DNA of 64,000 nt from Thermoplasmatota archaeon. Its GTDB lineage: Archaea > Thermoplasmatota > JAKEGO01. Numbering within the stretch: the stretch's first letter is position 1; each line of letters opens with the position of its first letter. The position numbers and the translations under genes are program-made. Positions 1-9,900 of this stretch are shown one piece after another. The notes beneath the pieces are model-generated. The model ran no database searches. It had not been told where the DNA came from and worked only from the letters and a program-made list of their open reading frames with translations. The DNA lies in contig JANQNK010000008.1 in NCBI GenBank assembly GCA_028279595.1, positions 32,001-96,000 of the forward strand. Direction: 5' to 3'.

Positions 1-353
1 CCGGGGATATGCAGATGGTCCACGCTGAGGCCCATGCACTTGGCGTTCGTGACGACGACGGCGTCGGGATACCTTCCGAGGATGTCCATGATCCCGCCGG
101 AGTGGTCCTGCTCGGTGTGATTGGTCACGATGTAGTCGATCCTCTCGACGCCCACCTCGTCCAGGTGCGCCATCAGTTCATCCATTTTCTCCGGATCGAC
201 CGTGTCGATAAGGGCCGTCGCCTCGGACCCCACCACCAGGTAGGAGTTGTAGCTCGTCCCGTCCGGTAATGGTATCAGTTCGTCGAAGAGGCGCCTGTCC
301 CAGTCGATTGCTCCGACTGCATATACGCCCTCGACGATCCGGCGTGCACCCAT
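1..353 (-). CDS. fprA: FprA-family flavodiiron protein (A-type flavoprotein), 5' part; runs off the window edge
   Basis: Translated by hand (not in ORF track): [40 protein letters not shown]...ALIDTVD...[15 protein letters not shown], the metallo-beta-lactamase diiron motif of FprA. Confidence 0.9.
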   Translation of the reverse strand, partial: MGARRIVEGVYAVGAIDWDRRLFDELIPLPDGTSYNSYLVVGSEATALIDTVDPEKMDELMAHLDEVGVERIDYIVTNHTEQDHSGGIMDILGRYPDAVVVTNAKCMGLSVDHLHIP

Positions 354-354
354 C

Positions 355-516
355 TCATGCCACCTTTTCGAAGTCCTCTTTGCCCGCACCGCATATGGGG
401 CAGAACCATCCCTCGGGGACGTCCTCCCATGCGGTTCCGGGATCGACGCCCTGGTCCGGGTCGCCGGCAGCTGGATCGTATATGTAGCCACACACCTTGC
501 ATTCGTACTTGTCCAT
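355..516 (-). CDS. Rubredoxin (53 aa, below ORF-track cutoff)
   Basis: Hand translation [53 protein letters not shown]: CxxCGY...WxCPxCG. Confidence 0.97.
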   Translation of the reverse strand: MDKYECKVCGYIYDPAAGDPDQGVDPGTAWEDVPEGWFCPICGAGKEDFEKVA

Positions 517-538
517 CACATCATTCCTCCGTTCTCCA

Positions 539-1069
539 TCACAGTGCGCTGTCGAACTCCTCGTCGTCGAAGCCCTCGAAGGACTCGTAGATCTCCCAGT
601 AGCCCTCCGCGGTGTCGACGCTCCGGAGATTGTCGAGCTCGAGCCTGATCAGTTCGAAGTGCGAACGCTCCATGTTCGCAAGGACGTTGAGCTGCCTCGC
701 CCTGTCGAGGTCTCCGTCCGATTCGAACCTCTTTGCCATGGATCTGTAGAACTCCTCGGCAGCCGTCTCGGCCTCGAGGGCACCCTCGAGGACCTCTATA
801 GGGGTCATCTGGGTGTCGTACCTGAGCGAGGGGAGGGGGACCTCCGTCGTCTCCGGGACCACTATCTCCTCGTCGGGGCGTATCGCCTTTAGGTTGCGCC
901 TGAGGAAGCGCTCGTGACGCTCCTCCTCCCTCGCCAGGAAGGTGAACCTGTCCTTCACCATGTTGCTCTGGGCGCGGTCGGACATCGATCCGTAGATGTC
1001 CTGGCTCTCCATCTCTGCCTTGATGGCTGCAAGGAAAAGGTCCTTTATCTCATACTCATCGGTCTTCAT
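539..1069 (-). CDS. Ferritin-like / rubrerythrin-family protein
   Basis: Two ExxH-type diiron motifs (AREEERH, ANMERSH) and AIKAEMES / ALEAETAA helices; upstream of rubredoxin and fprA. Confidence 0.85.
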   Translation of the reverse strand: MKTDEYEIKDLFLAAIKAEMESQDIYGSMSDRAQSNMVKDRFTFLAREEERHERFLRRNLKAIRPDEEIVVPETTEVPLPSLRYDTQMTPIEVLEGALEAETAAEEFYRSMAKRFESDGDLDRARQLNVLANMERSHFELIRLELDNLRSVDTAEGYWEIYESFEGFDDEEFDSAL

Positions 1070-1223
1070 CTTTCATCACCTCGCGGACGCCCCATGTCAC
1101 ACGACGGGGCCGGACATTGCCGAAGTGTCATTTTTAACTTTCGCCATTCATGACATCAGCGATCGTCTTGACACGTCCGGGCGTATCCGGCGCCTTTCGG
1201 CACAAATCCTAAATACGGAAGGG

Positions 1224-1280
1224 TATATATGAATAACGCCTAATAGGTGACGAAATCCGTAAAAAAAGCGACGGATTACG
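1224..1280 (+). promoter_or_regulatory. TATA box (TATATAT, 1224-1230) followed by an inverted repeat CGAAATCCGT-N10-ACGGATTACG (1251-1280); candidate Lrp autoregulatory operator
   Basis: 9/10 inverted repeat between the TATA box and the lrp start codon. Confidence 0.5.
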
Positions 1281-1296
1281 TTCAGAAGGTGTTCAC

Positions 1297-1719
1297 ATGG
1301 ACGACACCGACATGAAGATAATCGACGCGCTCGAGAACAATGCCAGGGCCACTTTCACGGAGATAGCGAAGGGGCTCGGGGTCTCAGAATCCACTGTGAG
1401 GAAGAGGGTGGACAACCTCGAGGAGACCGGGGTGATCAAGGGTTACGCCGTCATCCTCGATCCGATAATGATGGGGAAGCGTGCTGTAACATATCTCGGC
1501 CTCGACGCCGAGCCGGAGGACTTCCTCGACATCGTCGAGGCCCTTTCAACGATGGAAGAGGTGAGATGGCTGGCCACGGCCACCGGGGACCACATGATAA
1601 TGGCCGAGATCTGGGCCGAGGACGACGCCACACTGTCGAGGTTCCTGGAGGAGAGGGTGAAGACCATACCCGGCGTCATGCGGGTCTGCCCGACCATAGT
1701 CCAGGAGCGTGTGAGGTAG
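1297..1719 (+). CDS. Lrp/AsnC-family transcriptional regulator (LrpA-like)
   Basis: MDDTDMKIIDALENNARATFTEIAKGLGVSESTVRKRVDNLEETGVIKGY HTH plus C-terminal RAM domain (ATGDHMIMAEIW). Confidence 0.95.
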   Translation: MDDTDMKIIDALENNARATFTEIAKGLGVSESTVRKRVDNLEETGVIKGYAVILDPIMMGKRAVTYLGLDAEPEDFLDIVEALSTMEEVRWLATATGDHMIMAEIWAEDDATLSRFLEERVKTIPGVMRVCPTIVQERVR

Positions 1720-1721
1720 GC

Positions 1722-2441
1722 ATGGACGAAGTCGCCGCGACGGTCCACTGCGACGCAGAGGGAATCCTCGTCGAGAGGAGCAACAGGTTCCTGGCCATCG
1801 TTGACATCGATATCGAAGGAGATGTCTCGAGGGAGAAGGCCCACGTACATGACCCGGGAAGATTGCTGGAACTGCTATATCCCGGGAACAGACTGTTGTT
1901 GAGGAAGGCGGACAACCCGGACAGGAAGACCGGATGGGACGTCATTGCCGCGCGTTACGAGGATGAATGGATACTGATCAATTCCGTTTTCCATAGAGGG
2001 ATCGCCGACTGGCTTCTATCGAAGGACGACAACCCGTTCGGGCGATTGGAGGGTCTGACCCCCGAGGTGACCGTGGGCCACAGCAGGCTCGATTTCATGG
2101 CCGAGGATAGTGAAGGGACTCCGCTTGGTATCGAGGTCAAGGGATGCACCCTGGCCGTCGACGGGACGGCCCTTTTCCCCGACGCACCGACCGAACGCGG
2201 GAGGAAGCACGTGGAGACCCTCATCGGCCTCGTTCGGGGCGGGAAACGGGCGGGTTTGCTGATACTGGTATTCAGACCGGACCCAATGGAGTTCGCTCCC
2301 AAGGACGATACCGATCCCAGGTTCGCGGAAGCGTTCTGGAGGGCCGTCGATCTAGGTGTCGAGGTCCACCCCGTCAAGTTCGGATTCGATGGAGGGAGGG
2401 TCCGGTATCTGGGCGAGATCCCGGTTGCCGACCACCCGTGA
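1722..2441 (+). CDS. sfsA: DNA/RNA nuclease SfsA
   Basis: RSNRF, AHVHDPGRLLELL, SRLDF, IEVKGCTL, FPDAPTERGRKH; true start probably ATG 1722, not 1566. Confidence 0.93.
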   Translation: MDEVAATVHCDAEGILVERSNRFLAIVDIDIEGDVSREKAHVHDPGRLLELLYPGNRLLLRKADNPDRKTGWDVIAARYEDEWILINSVFHRGIADWLLSKDDNPFGRLEGLTPEVTVGHSRLDFMAEDSEGTPLGIEVKGCTLAVDGTALFPDAPTERGRKHVETLIGLVRGGKRAGLLILVFRPDPMEFAPKDDTDPRFAEAFWRAVDLGVEVHPVKFGFDGGRVRYLGEIPVADHP

Positions 2442-2605
2442 TAAAACTGGTGACACGCGTCGATGATGCCCAGGCACACCAACGAGCACCGTCTTCGATT
2501 TACCTGAGTGACAATTCGGCGCCACGCCGGCCATGAGGTGGTACGCCGGCGTGTGCGCCTTCCCGCTGCAAGCCCCCGTGAAAGCGAGGCGAGATCTGGG
2601 GGGGT

Positions 2606-5600
2606 CTATCTCTTTGAGCGAGCGGGTGCCCTTCCGGGCTTTCCGACCTGAGGTGTCTCGGTAACGCGGTCGGAGTTCATGATGCCTAGGTAATCGTTCG
2701 TCAGCCTTGTACCGCCACCCCTCACCGTGACGACGACACCCTTCTCCCGCAGCGCCCTGAGGTGGTAGGCGACGGCGGGCTGCGTTACTTTCATCTTCTT
2801 CGCGAGCTTTGCCTGGGTTATCCCGGGGTTGGAACCGACGATCTCGACAATCCTGACCTCCGCTCCCCTGAGCTGGAACTCGGGGACCTTGTATCCGAAC
2901 GGATAGAAGCGCTTGCGGAAGCCGTCGTTCCTGCTCTTGATGAAGCCGGCCGTCTCCAGCACCCGGAGGTGATAGCCGGCGGAACCGTTCGGCAGTGCCA
3001 GCTGCTTCTTGATGAGGCTGAAGTGCGCTCCGGGATTCTCGAGGATGTACTCGACGAGCTTCCCGCGGGTCTTCTGGTCCGTGATCTTCTTTGTCCTGAG
3101 CTTGGAGTAGAGCGGGAAGAGCATGGAGAGGAAGAGGTAGAACCCGACTCCGGTGAACGCGAAGGCCGTCAGGACCCCCGCAGCGGCGACGCCGGCTATC
3201 AATCCCTGTTCGTCCGAGTTCGGGGGCCGGAAGAAGGGCTTCGCGCCGTCGTCCTCGCCGTCATCATTGTCCACGTAGAGGACGACGCTGTCCTCGTCGG
3301 AGTGGTGGTATCCGTCGTACGATATCACAACGATGGTGTGGTTCCCGTCATCCAGGTCGGCGGTCTTGATCCTGTAGGTCCAGCTCGTCTTCCCATCGGC
3401 GTACTTCCAGGAACCGTTGTCGATCTTGACCTTGACCCACTGGATGATGCCGTTCGAGTCCCAGGCCGTTCCCGAGAGCTCGACCGTCCCGTTGACCTCG
3501 TCGCCTGTCTCGTGGGATGTTATCTCCACTGTGGGCTTCCTGTTGACAATGACCTTGCCCTTGACGGGGTCGCTCTTCACGTCCTCGTCATCGACGGTCC
3601 ACAGGTAGATGTCATGGGTACCCAGTGAGAGTCCGTCGGTCGTGAAGGTCGAGTTGGTGCCCTCGTAGAGCTCCTCGTCGATGCTCGAGGCCCACAGGTA
3701 CTTCGCGATTGAACCGTCGTCGACGCCGCCCGCCTTGAAGGTGACCTCGGCGCCGTAGAGGGCCGGGCTCGGGGATATCGACAGGATGACCGCGGATGGT
3801 TCACCGTTTATCGTCACGGTCCCTTCGACCTCGTCGCTCCAGGTCCCATCGGAGTCCTTGACCTTGAAGTAGATGGTGTGGGTGCCGTTCGACAGCTTCT
3901 TCGTCGAGAACACGAAGTGGGGTCCGTAGTAGAGGAGGCCGTCGATGCTCGAGCGCCAATGGTACTTGATCGTTCCCTCGGAACCGGTCCCGTTGAAGGT
4001 CACGTATTCGCCCTGGTCGGCCGACTCGGGCGAAATGCCCACGATCTCCGCCTCCGGCCTCTCGGTCTCGTTCTCGTCCTCGCTGCCGTTGACGTTGAGA
4101 TAGGTGTAGTAGTAGTCGCTCAGGGCGCCGTCGTCGTCCCTGACCTTGACCTTTATCGTGTGGTTCCCGTCAGAGAGCCCGGTCTCCTGGAAATGGTCGG
4201 ACTCGCCCTCGTAGAGCTCGCCATCCTTGAACGAGTACCAGAAGTACCAGACCACCTCGCCGTCCGGATCGGTGGCGTTCACGTGGAAGTACACCGTATC
4301 GTTCTCTTCCGCCGGGTCCGGTGTGATATACACATCGGTGATACTGGGTCCGACGTTCTTCGTACCGTTTATCGTGACATGGTCGTAGGCGTAGTCGCTT
4401 GCCAGCTCCTCATCATCGTAGACCTTGAGCTTGATGGAGTGGTTGCCGACGGACAGATCATCGGTGGTGAAATGGCTCTTGTTGCCTGCATACAGCTGGC
4501 CGTCCTTTGAAGAATACCAAACGTACCATATGATATCGCCGTCGGGATCGGACCCGCTTCCGTAGAAGGTCACTGCCTCACCTTCCTCCGCGTGGTCTGG
4601 ATCGATCTCGAGGATGGTCGCGTTCGGCTTCTGGTTCTCCGAGCCGTTCACGACCAGATGGGAGTATGCATAATCACTGTGTGCGTCGTCGTTGTCGTAG
4701 ACCTTCAGCTTGATCGTGTGGTTGCCGACGGACAGTTCACTGCATGTGAACGAGGTCTCGTTTCCCTCGTAGAGCTCTCCGTCCTTGGATGAATACCAGA
4801 CGAACCAGTCCACGTAGCCGTCGGGGTCCTGACCGCCTCCCTTGAAAGTGACGTTCTCGCCCTCCTCGGCCGGGTTTGGCGTGATGTCGAATATGGTGGC
4901 ATTGGGCCTCTGGTTCTCGTCGCCCTCGATGACGACATAGGATTGAGCGTAATCGCTGTGGGCATCGTCATCATCCCACACCTTGAGCTTGATGGTATGA
5001 TTTCCGATGGACAGGTCGTTCGTAGTGAACGAGCTCGAGTTTCCCTCGTGGATCCAGCCGTCGAAGGAGGAGTACCAGTCGTACCACACGACCTCACCGT
5101 CAGGATCGGTACCTTTGCCGTAGAAGGTGACGTTCTCGCCCTTCTCGGCGGGATTCGGATCGATCTCCAGGATCTCGGCCGTAGGGCTCTGGTTCTCAGT
5201 ACCGTTGATGACGAGGTGATCGTAGACGTAATCGCTCGTCGCGTTATCATCGTCCCTGACCTTGTGTTTGATCGTGTGATTCCCCGAGGACAGGTTGGTT
5301 GTCGAGAAATGGCTCTCGTTACCTTCGTAGAGCTCGCCATCGATGGACGAATGCCAGTAGTACCAGACGACCTCGCCGTCGGGATCGCTGGCATTGCTCG
5401 TGAATGTTATGGAATGGCTGTTGTTGGCCGGGTTCGGCGATATCCCGCCGATGTCGGCGATCGGTGCGTGGTTGCTGTCCTTTACCTTGAGTGTCTCGTG
5501 ATCGTACTCGCTCCAGGTGTGATTGTTGTCCATCACCCAGAACTTGATCTTGTGCTCCCCTATCGAAAGGTTCGAGTACGTTGTCGAGTTGGAGGATCCG

Positions 5601-6808
5601 TTGTAGAACACTCCGTCGATATCGGAGGCCCACCGGTACTTGATGATGGTGCCGTCCTCGTCCTCGCCGTAGCCTGTGAACGTCACATCATCGTCATCGA
5701 AGGCTGGTGCTGGTGATATCGATGAGATGTGGGCCGAAGGTGCCTTGTTTCCGGTGGATCCACCATCGGGTTCCATGAGTGGATACCGGTCCTCGTTGTT
5801 CCCTTCACCATCGATCTGGTACGCGGTATCGCCGATCCCGTCCTCGTCGGCGTCCGTACCTTCGTAATCGTCCCAGTAGTTGCCTTCCTCGCCGTCGTCC
5901 CAATCTAAGTTGTCATCGGAATTGGACACGCAGAGGGTCTGGGTCGAATTCGTATGATTGGTATCATTGCTTCCATAGAATTGGTTGTGATGGATGGTGA
6001 TGTTGTTGAAGCCGCCGCTCCCGATCTGGATGCACCATCCCCAGTGATCCGTGATGTTATTCCCGGTGATCAGCACGTGGTTCACTCCACCTGGCCAGCC
6101 GTAGAAGATTATTCCGAGATGGCTATCGGCGATGTAATTGTCGGTGATCTCGACGTCCCGGCAGTCGACCAACCTGATGCAGTTCTCTGGAGCACCTGTT
6201 ATCTCATTGCCATCTATCGTCAGGTTATGGGAATTCTTCCACTGGATCCCTGCTCCGAAGCTCGCAGTCCTGATGATGCATTCGCGCACTTCGGACCAGT
6301 TGGCGCACTGTGCCTTGATGGCATGGGAATTGATCCCCTCTATCAGGCAGTCCTGGATGAGGATCTCCTCAACATACCGCATACCGATGACCCCGTAGGA
6401 CCAGTGATGGTCGGAACCTGTGATGTTCATCTCCTTGATGACGACGTTGTAGCCATTGATCTCGATGGTGTCGACCCTGTACTCCTGGGAGTGGAGCCAG
6501 GTCTCACCCGTCCCATTCCCGATCAGGGATACCGAGTTGTTGACGTAGATGTTGCCGGAGTACTGTCCAGCGTATATCCGAATGGTATCCCAGTCACTGG
6601 ATGCGTTAAGGGCGTCCTGGATGTTGTCGTGATCTGCCCATGCCCCACCGTCGTCGTCCACGACGATCTCGTTGCCGGCGGAGGCCCCGGATGAGACCAG
6701 GTACAATGACGCCAAGAGGAGCGATACTATCGCCAGCATCCGGAGTCCTGCCGCCAGATTGATTTCCATTCTCGAACAATCGGGGATATTCCTACTTATC
6801 GAGCTCAT
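2606..6808 (-). CDS. 1400-aa membrane-tethered transcription factor candidate: signal peptide, NosD-like beta-helix, 8 PKD/Ig-like repeats, Ig-like domain, TM segment, tandem winged-helix (COG3398-like)
   Basis: N-terminal hydrophobic signal; NLDWDDGEEGNYWDDY; ~92-aa repeats; TM GLIAGVAAAGVLTAFAF; two NPG-initiated HTHs (NPGAHFSLIKKQL..YHLRVLE; NPGITQAKLAKKM..YHLRAL). Confidence 0.85.
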   Translation of the reverse strand: MSSISRNIPDCSRMEINLAAGLRMLAIVSLLLASLYLVSSGASAGNEIVVDDDGGAWADHDNIQDALNASSDWDTIRIYAGQYSGNIYVNNSVSLIGNGTGETWLHSQEYRVDTIEINGYNVVIKEMNITGSDHHWSYGVIGMRYVEEILIQDCLIEGINSHAIKAQCANWSEVRECIIRTASFGAGIQWKNSHNLTIDGNEITGAPENCIRLVDCRDVEITDNYIADSHLGIIFYGWPGGVNHVLITGNNITDHWGWCIQIGSGGFNNITIHHNQFYGSNDTNHTNSTQTLCVSNSDDNLDWDDGEEGNYWDDYEGTDADEDGIGDTAYQIDGEGNNEDRYPLMEPDGGSTGNKAPSAHISSISPAPAFDDDDVTFTGYGEDEDGTIIKYRWASDIDGVFYNGSSNSTTYSNLSIGEHKIKFWVMDNNHTWSEYDHETLKVKDSNHAPIADIGGISPNPANNSHSITFTSNASDPDGEVVWYYWHSSIDGELYEGNESHFSTTNLSSGNHTIKHKVRDDDNATSDYVYDHLVINGTENQSPTAEILEIDPNPAEKGENVTFYGKGTDPDGEVVWYDWYSSFDGWIHEGNSSSFTTNDLSIGNHTIKLKVWDDDDAHSDYAQSYVVIEGDENQRPNATIFDITPNPAEEGENVTFKGGGQDPDGYVDWFVWYSSKDGELYEGNETSFTCSELSVGNHTIKLKVYDNDDAHSDYAYSHLVVNGSENQKPNATILEIDPDHAEEGEAVTFYGSGSDPDGDIIWYVWYSSKDGQLYAGNKSHFTTDDLSVGNHSIKLKVYDDEELASDYAYDHVTINGTKNVGPSITDVYITPDPAEENDTVYFHVNATDPDGEVVWYFWYSFKDGELYEGESDHFQETGLSDGNHTIKVKVRDDDGALSDYYYTYLNVNGSEDENETERPEAEIVGISPESADQGEYVTFNGTGSEGTIKYHWRSSIDGLLYYGPHFVFSTKKLSNGTHTIYFKVKDSDGTWSDEVEGTVTINGEPSAVILSISPSPALYGAEVTFKAGGVDDGSIAKYLWASSIDEELYEGTNSTFTTDGLSLGTHDIYLWTVDDEDVKSDPVKGKVIVNRKPTVEITSHETGDEVNGTVELSGTAWDSNGIIQWVKVKIDNGSWKYADGKTSWTYRIKTADLDDGNHTIVVISYDGYHHSDEDSVVLYVDNDDGEDDGAKPFFRPPNSDEQGLIAGVAAAGVLTAFAFTGVGFYLFLSMLFPLYSKLRTKKITDQKTRGKLVEYILENPGAHFSLIKKQLALPNGSAGYHLRVLETAGFIKSRNDGFRKRFYPFGYKVPEFQLRGAEVRIVEIVGSNPGITQAKLAKKMKVTQPAVAYHLRALREKGVVVTVRGGGTRLTNDYLGIMNSDRVTETPQVGKPGRAPARSKR
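3545..5750 (-). repeat. Eight tandem ~92-aa PKD/Ig-like coding repeats
   Basis: Recurring NxxPxAxIxxIxPxPA...DPDGxxxWYxWxSxxDG.LY.G...LSxGNHTIKLKVxDDD. Confidence 0.85.
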
Positions 6809-6850
6809 GATGATCCCTCGTTCCTTTCGTGGTTTTCATCCGGGAGGAGC

Positions 6851-6890
6851 ATATAAGTAAAGATTGGAACGAGTCTTTATAACGTCGACC
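6851..6890 (-). promoter_or_regulatory. TATA box and conserved upstream motif TAAAGATTGGAACGAGTCTTTA (6858-6879, + strand) of the 1400-aa gene
   Basis: AGATTGGAAC-N3-TCTTTA recurs upstream of the paralog at 13114-13132; the TAAAGA/TCTTTA arms are inverted repeats. Confidence 0.6.
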
Positions 6891-6925
6891 GAACGTGGAT
6901 CCATTGACTGGCTATTCCATCCAGA

Positions 6926-9900
6926 TCACTTACGGACCCGTGCGCGGAAGTCCTTTGTCACGAGGCATCCGTCCTTCCTTGACGTTCGGACTACACCCTT
7001 GGATTTCAATGATTTCAGGTGGTAGGAGACTGCTGGAGGTGTCACCTTCATCTTCTCCGCGAGCTTCCTCTGTGAAATCCCAGGATTCGATGCGATGACC
7101 CTGAGTATCTGCTTCTCCTTCCTCGTGAACTCCACCTCAGGCACGTCGTATCCATGTGGGTAGAACCTGCGATAGAAACCGTCAGTCTGGCTCTTGAGGT
7201 AGCCATTCCTCTCGAGTATGCGAAGGTGATGGCCGAGCGAACCGTTCGGAAGGGCCAGGTCCTTCTTGATCAACTGGTAGTGGGCCCCTGGATTGTCGGC
7301 GAGGTAATCGACGATCTCGCCCCTTGTCTCATTCTTCATGACATCCTTGCCCTTGACCCTCGAATAGAGAGGAAGGAACGCGAACAACGCGTATCTACCC
7401 CGGTCCGACGATGCGACCGCACCGAAGGCCAGGACAGCTATCAGTGCCATGGCGCCTATTGCCGGGGTGGACGTAAGAGGGATGTTCAGACCGGTGTCCT
7501 CGTCCCGGTCCGTCGGTTCGACCTCATCCGGATCCTCATCCTCCGCCTCGACCGTGAGGTATAGCTTCCCGAGATCGGAGTAATGGTTCCCGTCATAGCT
7601 CCTGATATTGATCTGGTAGGTCTCGTTCGAGAGTCCCGATGTGTTCCATTTGAACGACCACATTGTCGTACCCGTAGCGGTCTTCCATGACCCGTCGCCT
7701 ATCTGGTACTCGATCCTCTGGATCGACCCATCCTCGTCAGATGATGTCCCGGATACGGTGACGGTTCCATTAACGGTCGACCAGGACGATGGTGAATTGA
7801 TAGTGACCGAGGGTCGTACGTTTACAGTCACCGTCGTCGTCACAGTATCGCTCCATACTCCATTCCCATCCTGGACCTTCAGGGATATCGTGTGTGTCCC
7901 ATTCGACAGGTCGTCAGTATAAAGCGTGCCGTCGGTTCCGTTGTACAGCTCGCCATCGATGCTCGATGTCCAGACATACCTGGTGATCTCGACGTCGTCC
8001 ACGCAGTTCGGTGTGAAAGTAACATTGTTACCCTCTGCAATGATCGACTTGGAGACGGTCCAGATCCGTGCAACAGGTATGCCGTTCACAGTGACATTGG
8101 CGGTCTGCCGTTCACCCCATAATCCTTCATTGTCGATGGAATGGAGCGTGATCTCATGTGTCCCGTTCGATAGGGACGATGTTGACCAGACCTGCGAGGT
8201 TCCGTTGAATAATTCCCCATCGATTGATGATGTCCACACAAGAAGAGCCACCGAGCCATCGAAATCGAATCCGGTGCCGTTGAATGTGATCTCGTCACCC
8301 TCGTCGACGCTTGAGGGGTGGACGCTCTTGATCGTGGCGACCGGTGCGATGTTCTCTCCGGATGAGGACTCCTCGTTCCATGGTTCCATCAGAGGATACG
8401 GGTCCTTGACCTGGCCAGAAGAACCGTTTCCGGTACCGTTGTCGCCTCCCGAGGAATCGGATGCTATGTAATATGGAGTATCCCCGATCCCGTCATCATC
8501 ATCGTCCTCTCCATCATAGTCGGACCAGTAGTTGCCAGCGGACCCATTATGCCAAATTGCAGAACCATACTCATCATATACTTGCGTATTGACCCGATTG
8601 TCGATGAAATCATTGTGGTGGATGGTTATGGTTCCCCCGAGCTTTCGTTCTATGTAGATGCCGCCATGGTTCTCGACGAACCTGTTGAACTTGATCGTGT
8701 GGTTGAACGCATCATCGATCTCGATGCCATATTGGCCAGAGCCATTGACAACACCACATTTCTTGATTGTATTGTTGCGTATGACAATATTATCGGAGCT
8801 TCTTGAAAAAATACCAATTCGGTCGGTCCTCGTTATTAGATTTCCAACGATATGGATATTATCTGCTTCCCTGAGGTAAACGCTGTTCTGGTTCGTTCTT
8901 ATCTCGTTGCCCCAAATTTTAATTGAATATCCTTCGTGGACCTCGATAGGTACGTCAGAATTCACCAGATAGCAATCATGGATCTGACTGTTCCCTGACC
9001 TATCGAAATAGATACCAACGTCGTCTTTTGATGTGATATCGCATGAGGTGATATTTATCTCCATTGAGTTCCTTATCATGAGTCCAGTCGAGTTCGAATT
9101 GAGATCACAATCCTCAACAACCACATCGTTCGACATGACCATATGGATGGAATAATCGCACTTCGTTGTCGTAACGTTCTTTATTATACTATCATTGGTG
9201 AATCCGATAAGTATTGGATACGTCGTATCGCGGAGTGTCTGATCTCTGATCGTGGCTTTGGTACAATTGGCGATGATGATCTGGCCTCCTCCAATTGGAA
9301 CCGTGACATTCTCCTGGTTCTTGATGTAGAGGATGGGGTTCCCGTCGATCGTGTTCGATTGATCGATGTAATGGGATGACCACTCGTCCGCTTCCGACCA
9401 AGAAGGATAATAGGAGGGGTATGTCCGAATGAAAAGGCATCCGTTGTAGAGGGTATTGTTCCGGAACGTCAGGTCGACTGTATCCTGGATGAATATGCTA
9501 AGACCTGGCGATGTGATCGTGTTTCCATGGTAGGACGAATGGTCCGAGCTTGCGATATCAATGCCGAAAACGCTTGCCCATATCGTATTGTTGATGATGA
9601 GGTTGTTGATATTACTGTGGTGATAAATACCGACACGATTCGATTTAATCTCATTTCTAATGATACTCGTTTCAATGTTCCTGTAGGACCAGATCCCGTT
9701 GCTGCTGGCATCGAGAAGTGAGTTGGATATCGTAATATTGTCATTCCATCGTAAATAGATACCAGTAGAAACAGTATCCATTGAATCAGACCCGTTCGGG
9801 CCTCCACCACCTATGACCTTTCCAACACATTGAACATTGTCTACAGTACTGTTGTCGCAGTTCTGTAACCTTATTCCAGTACGAACCTCATGATCGCAAG

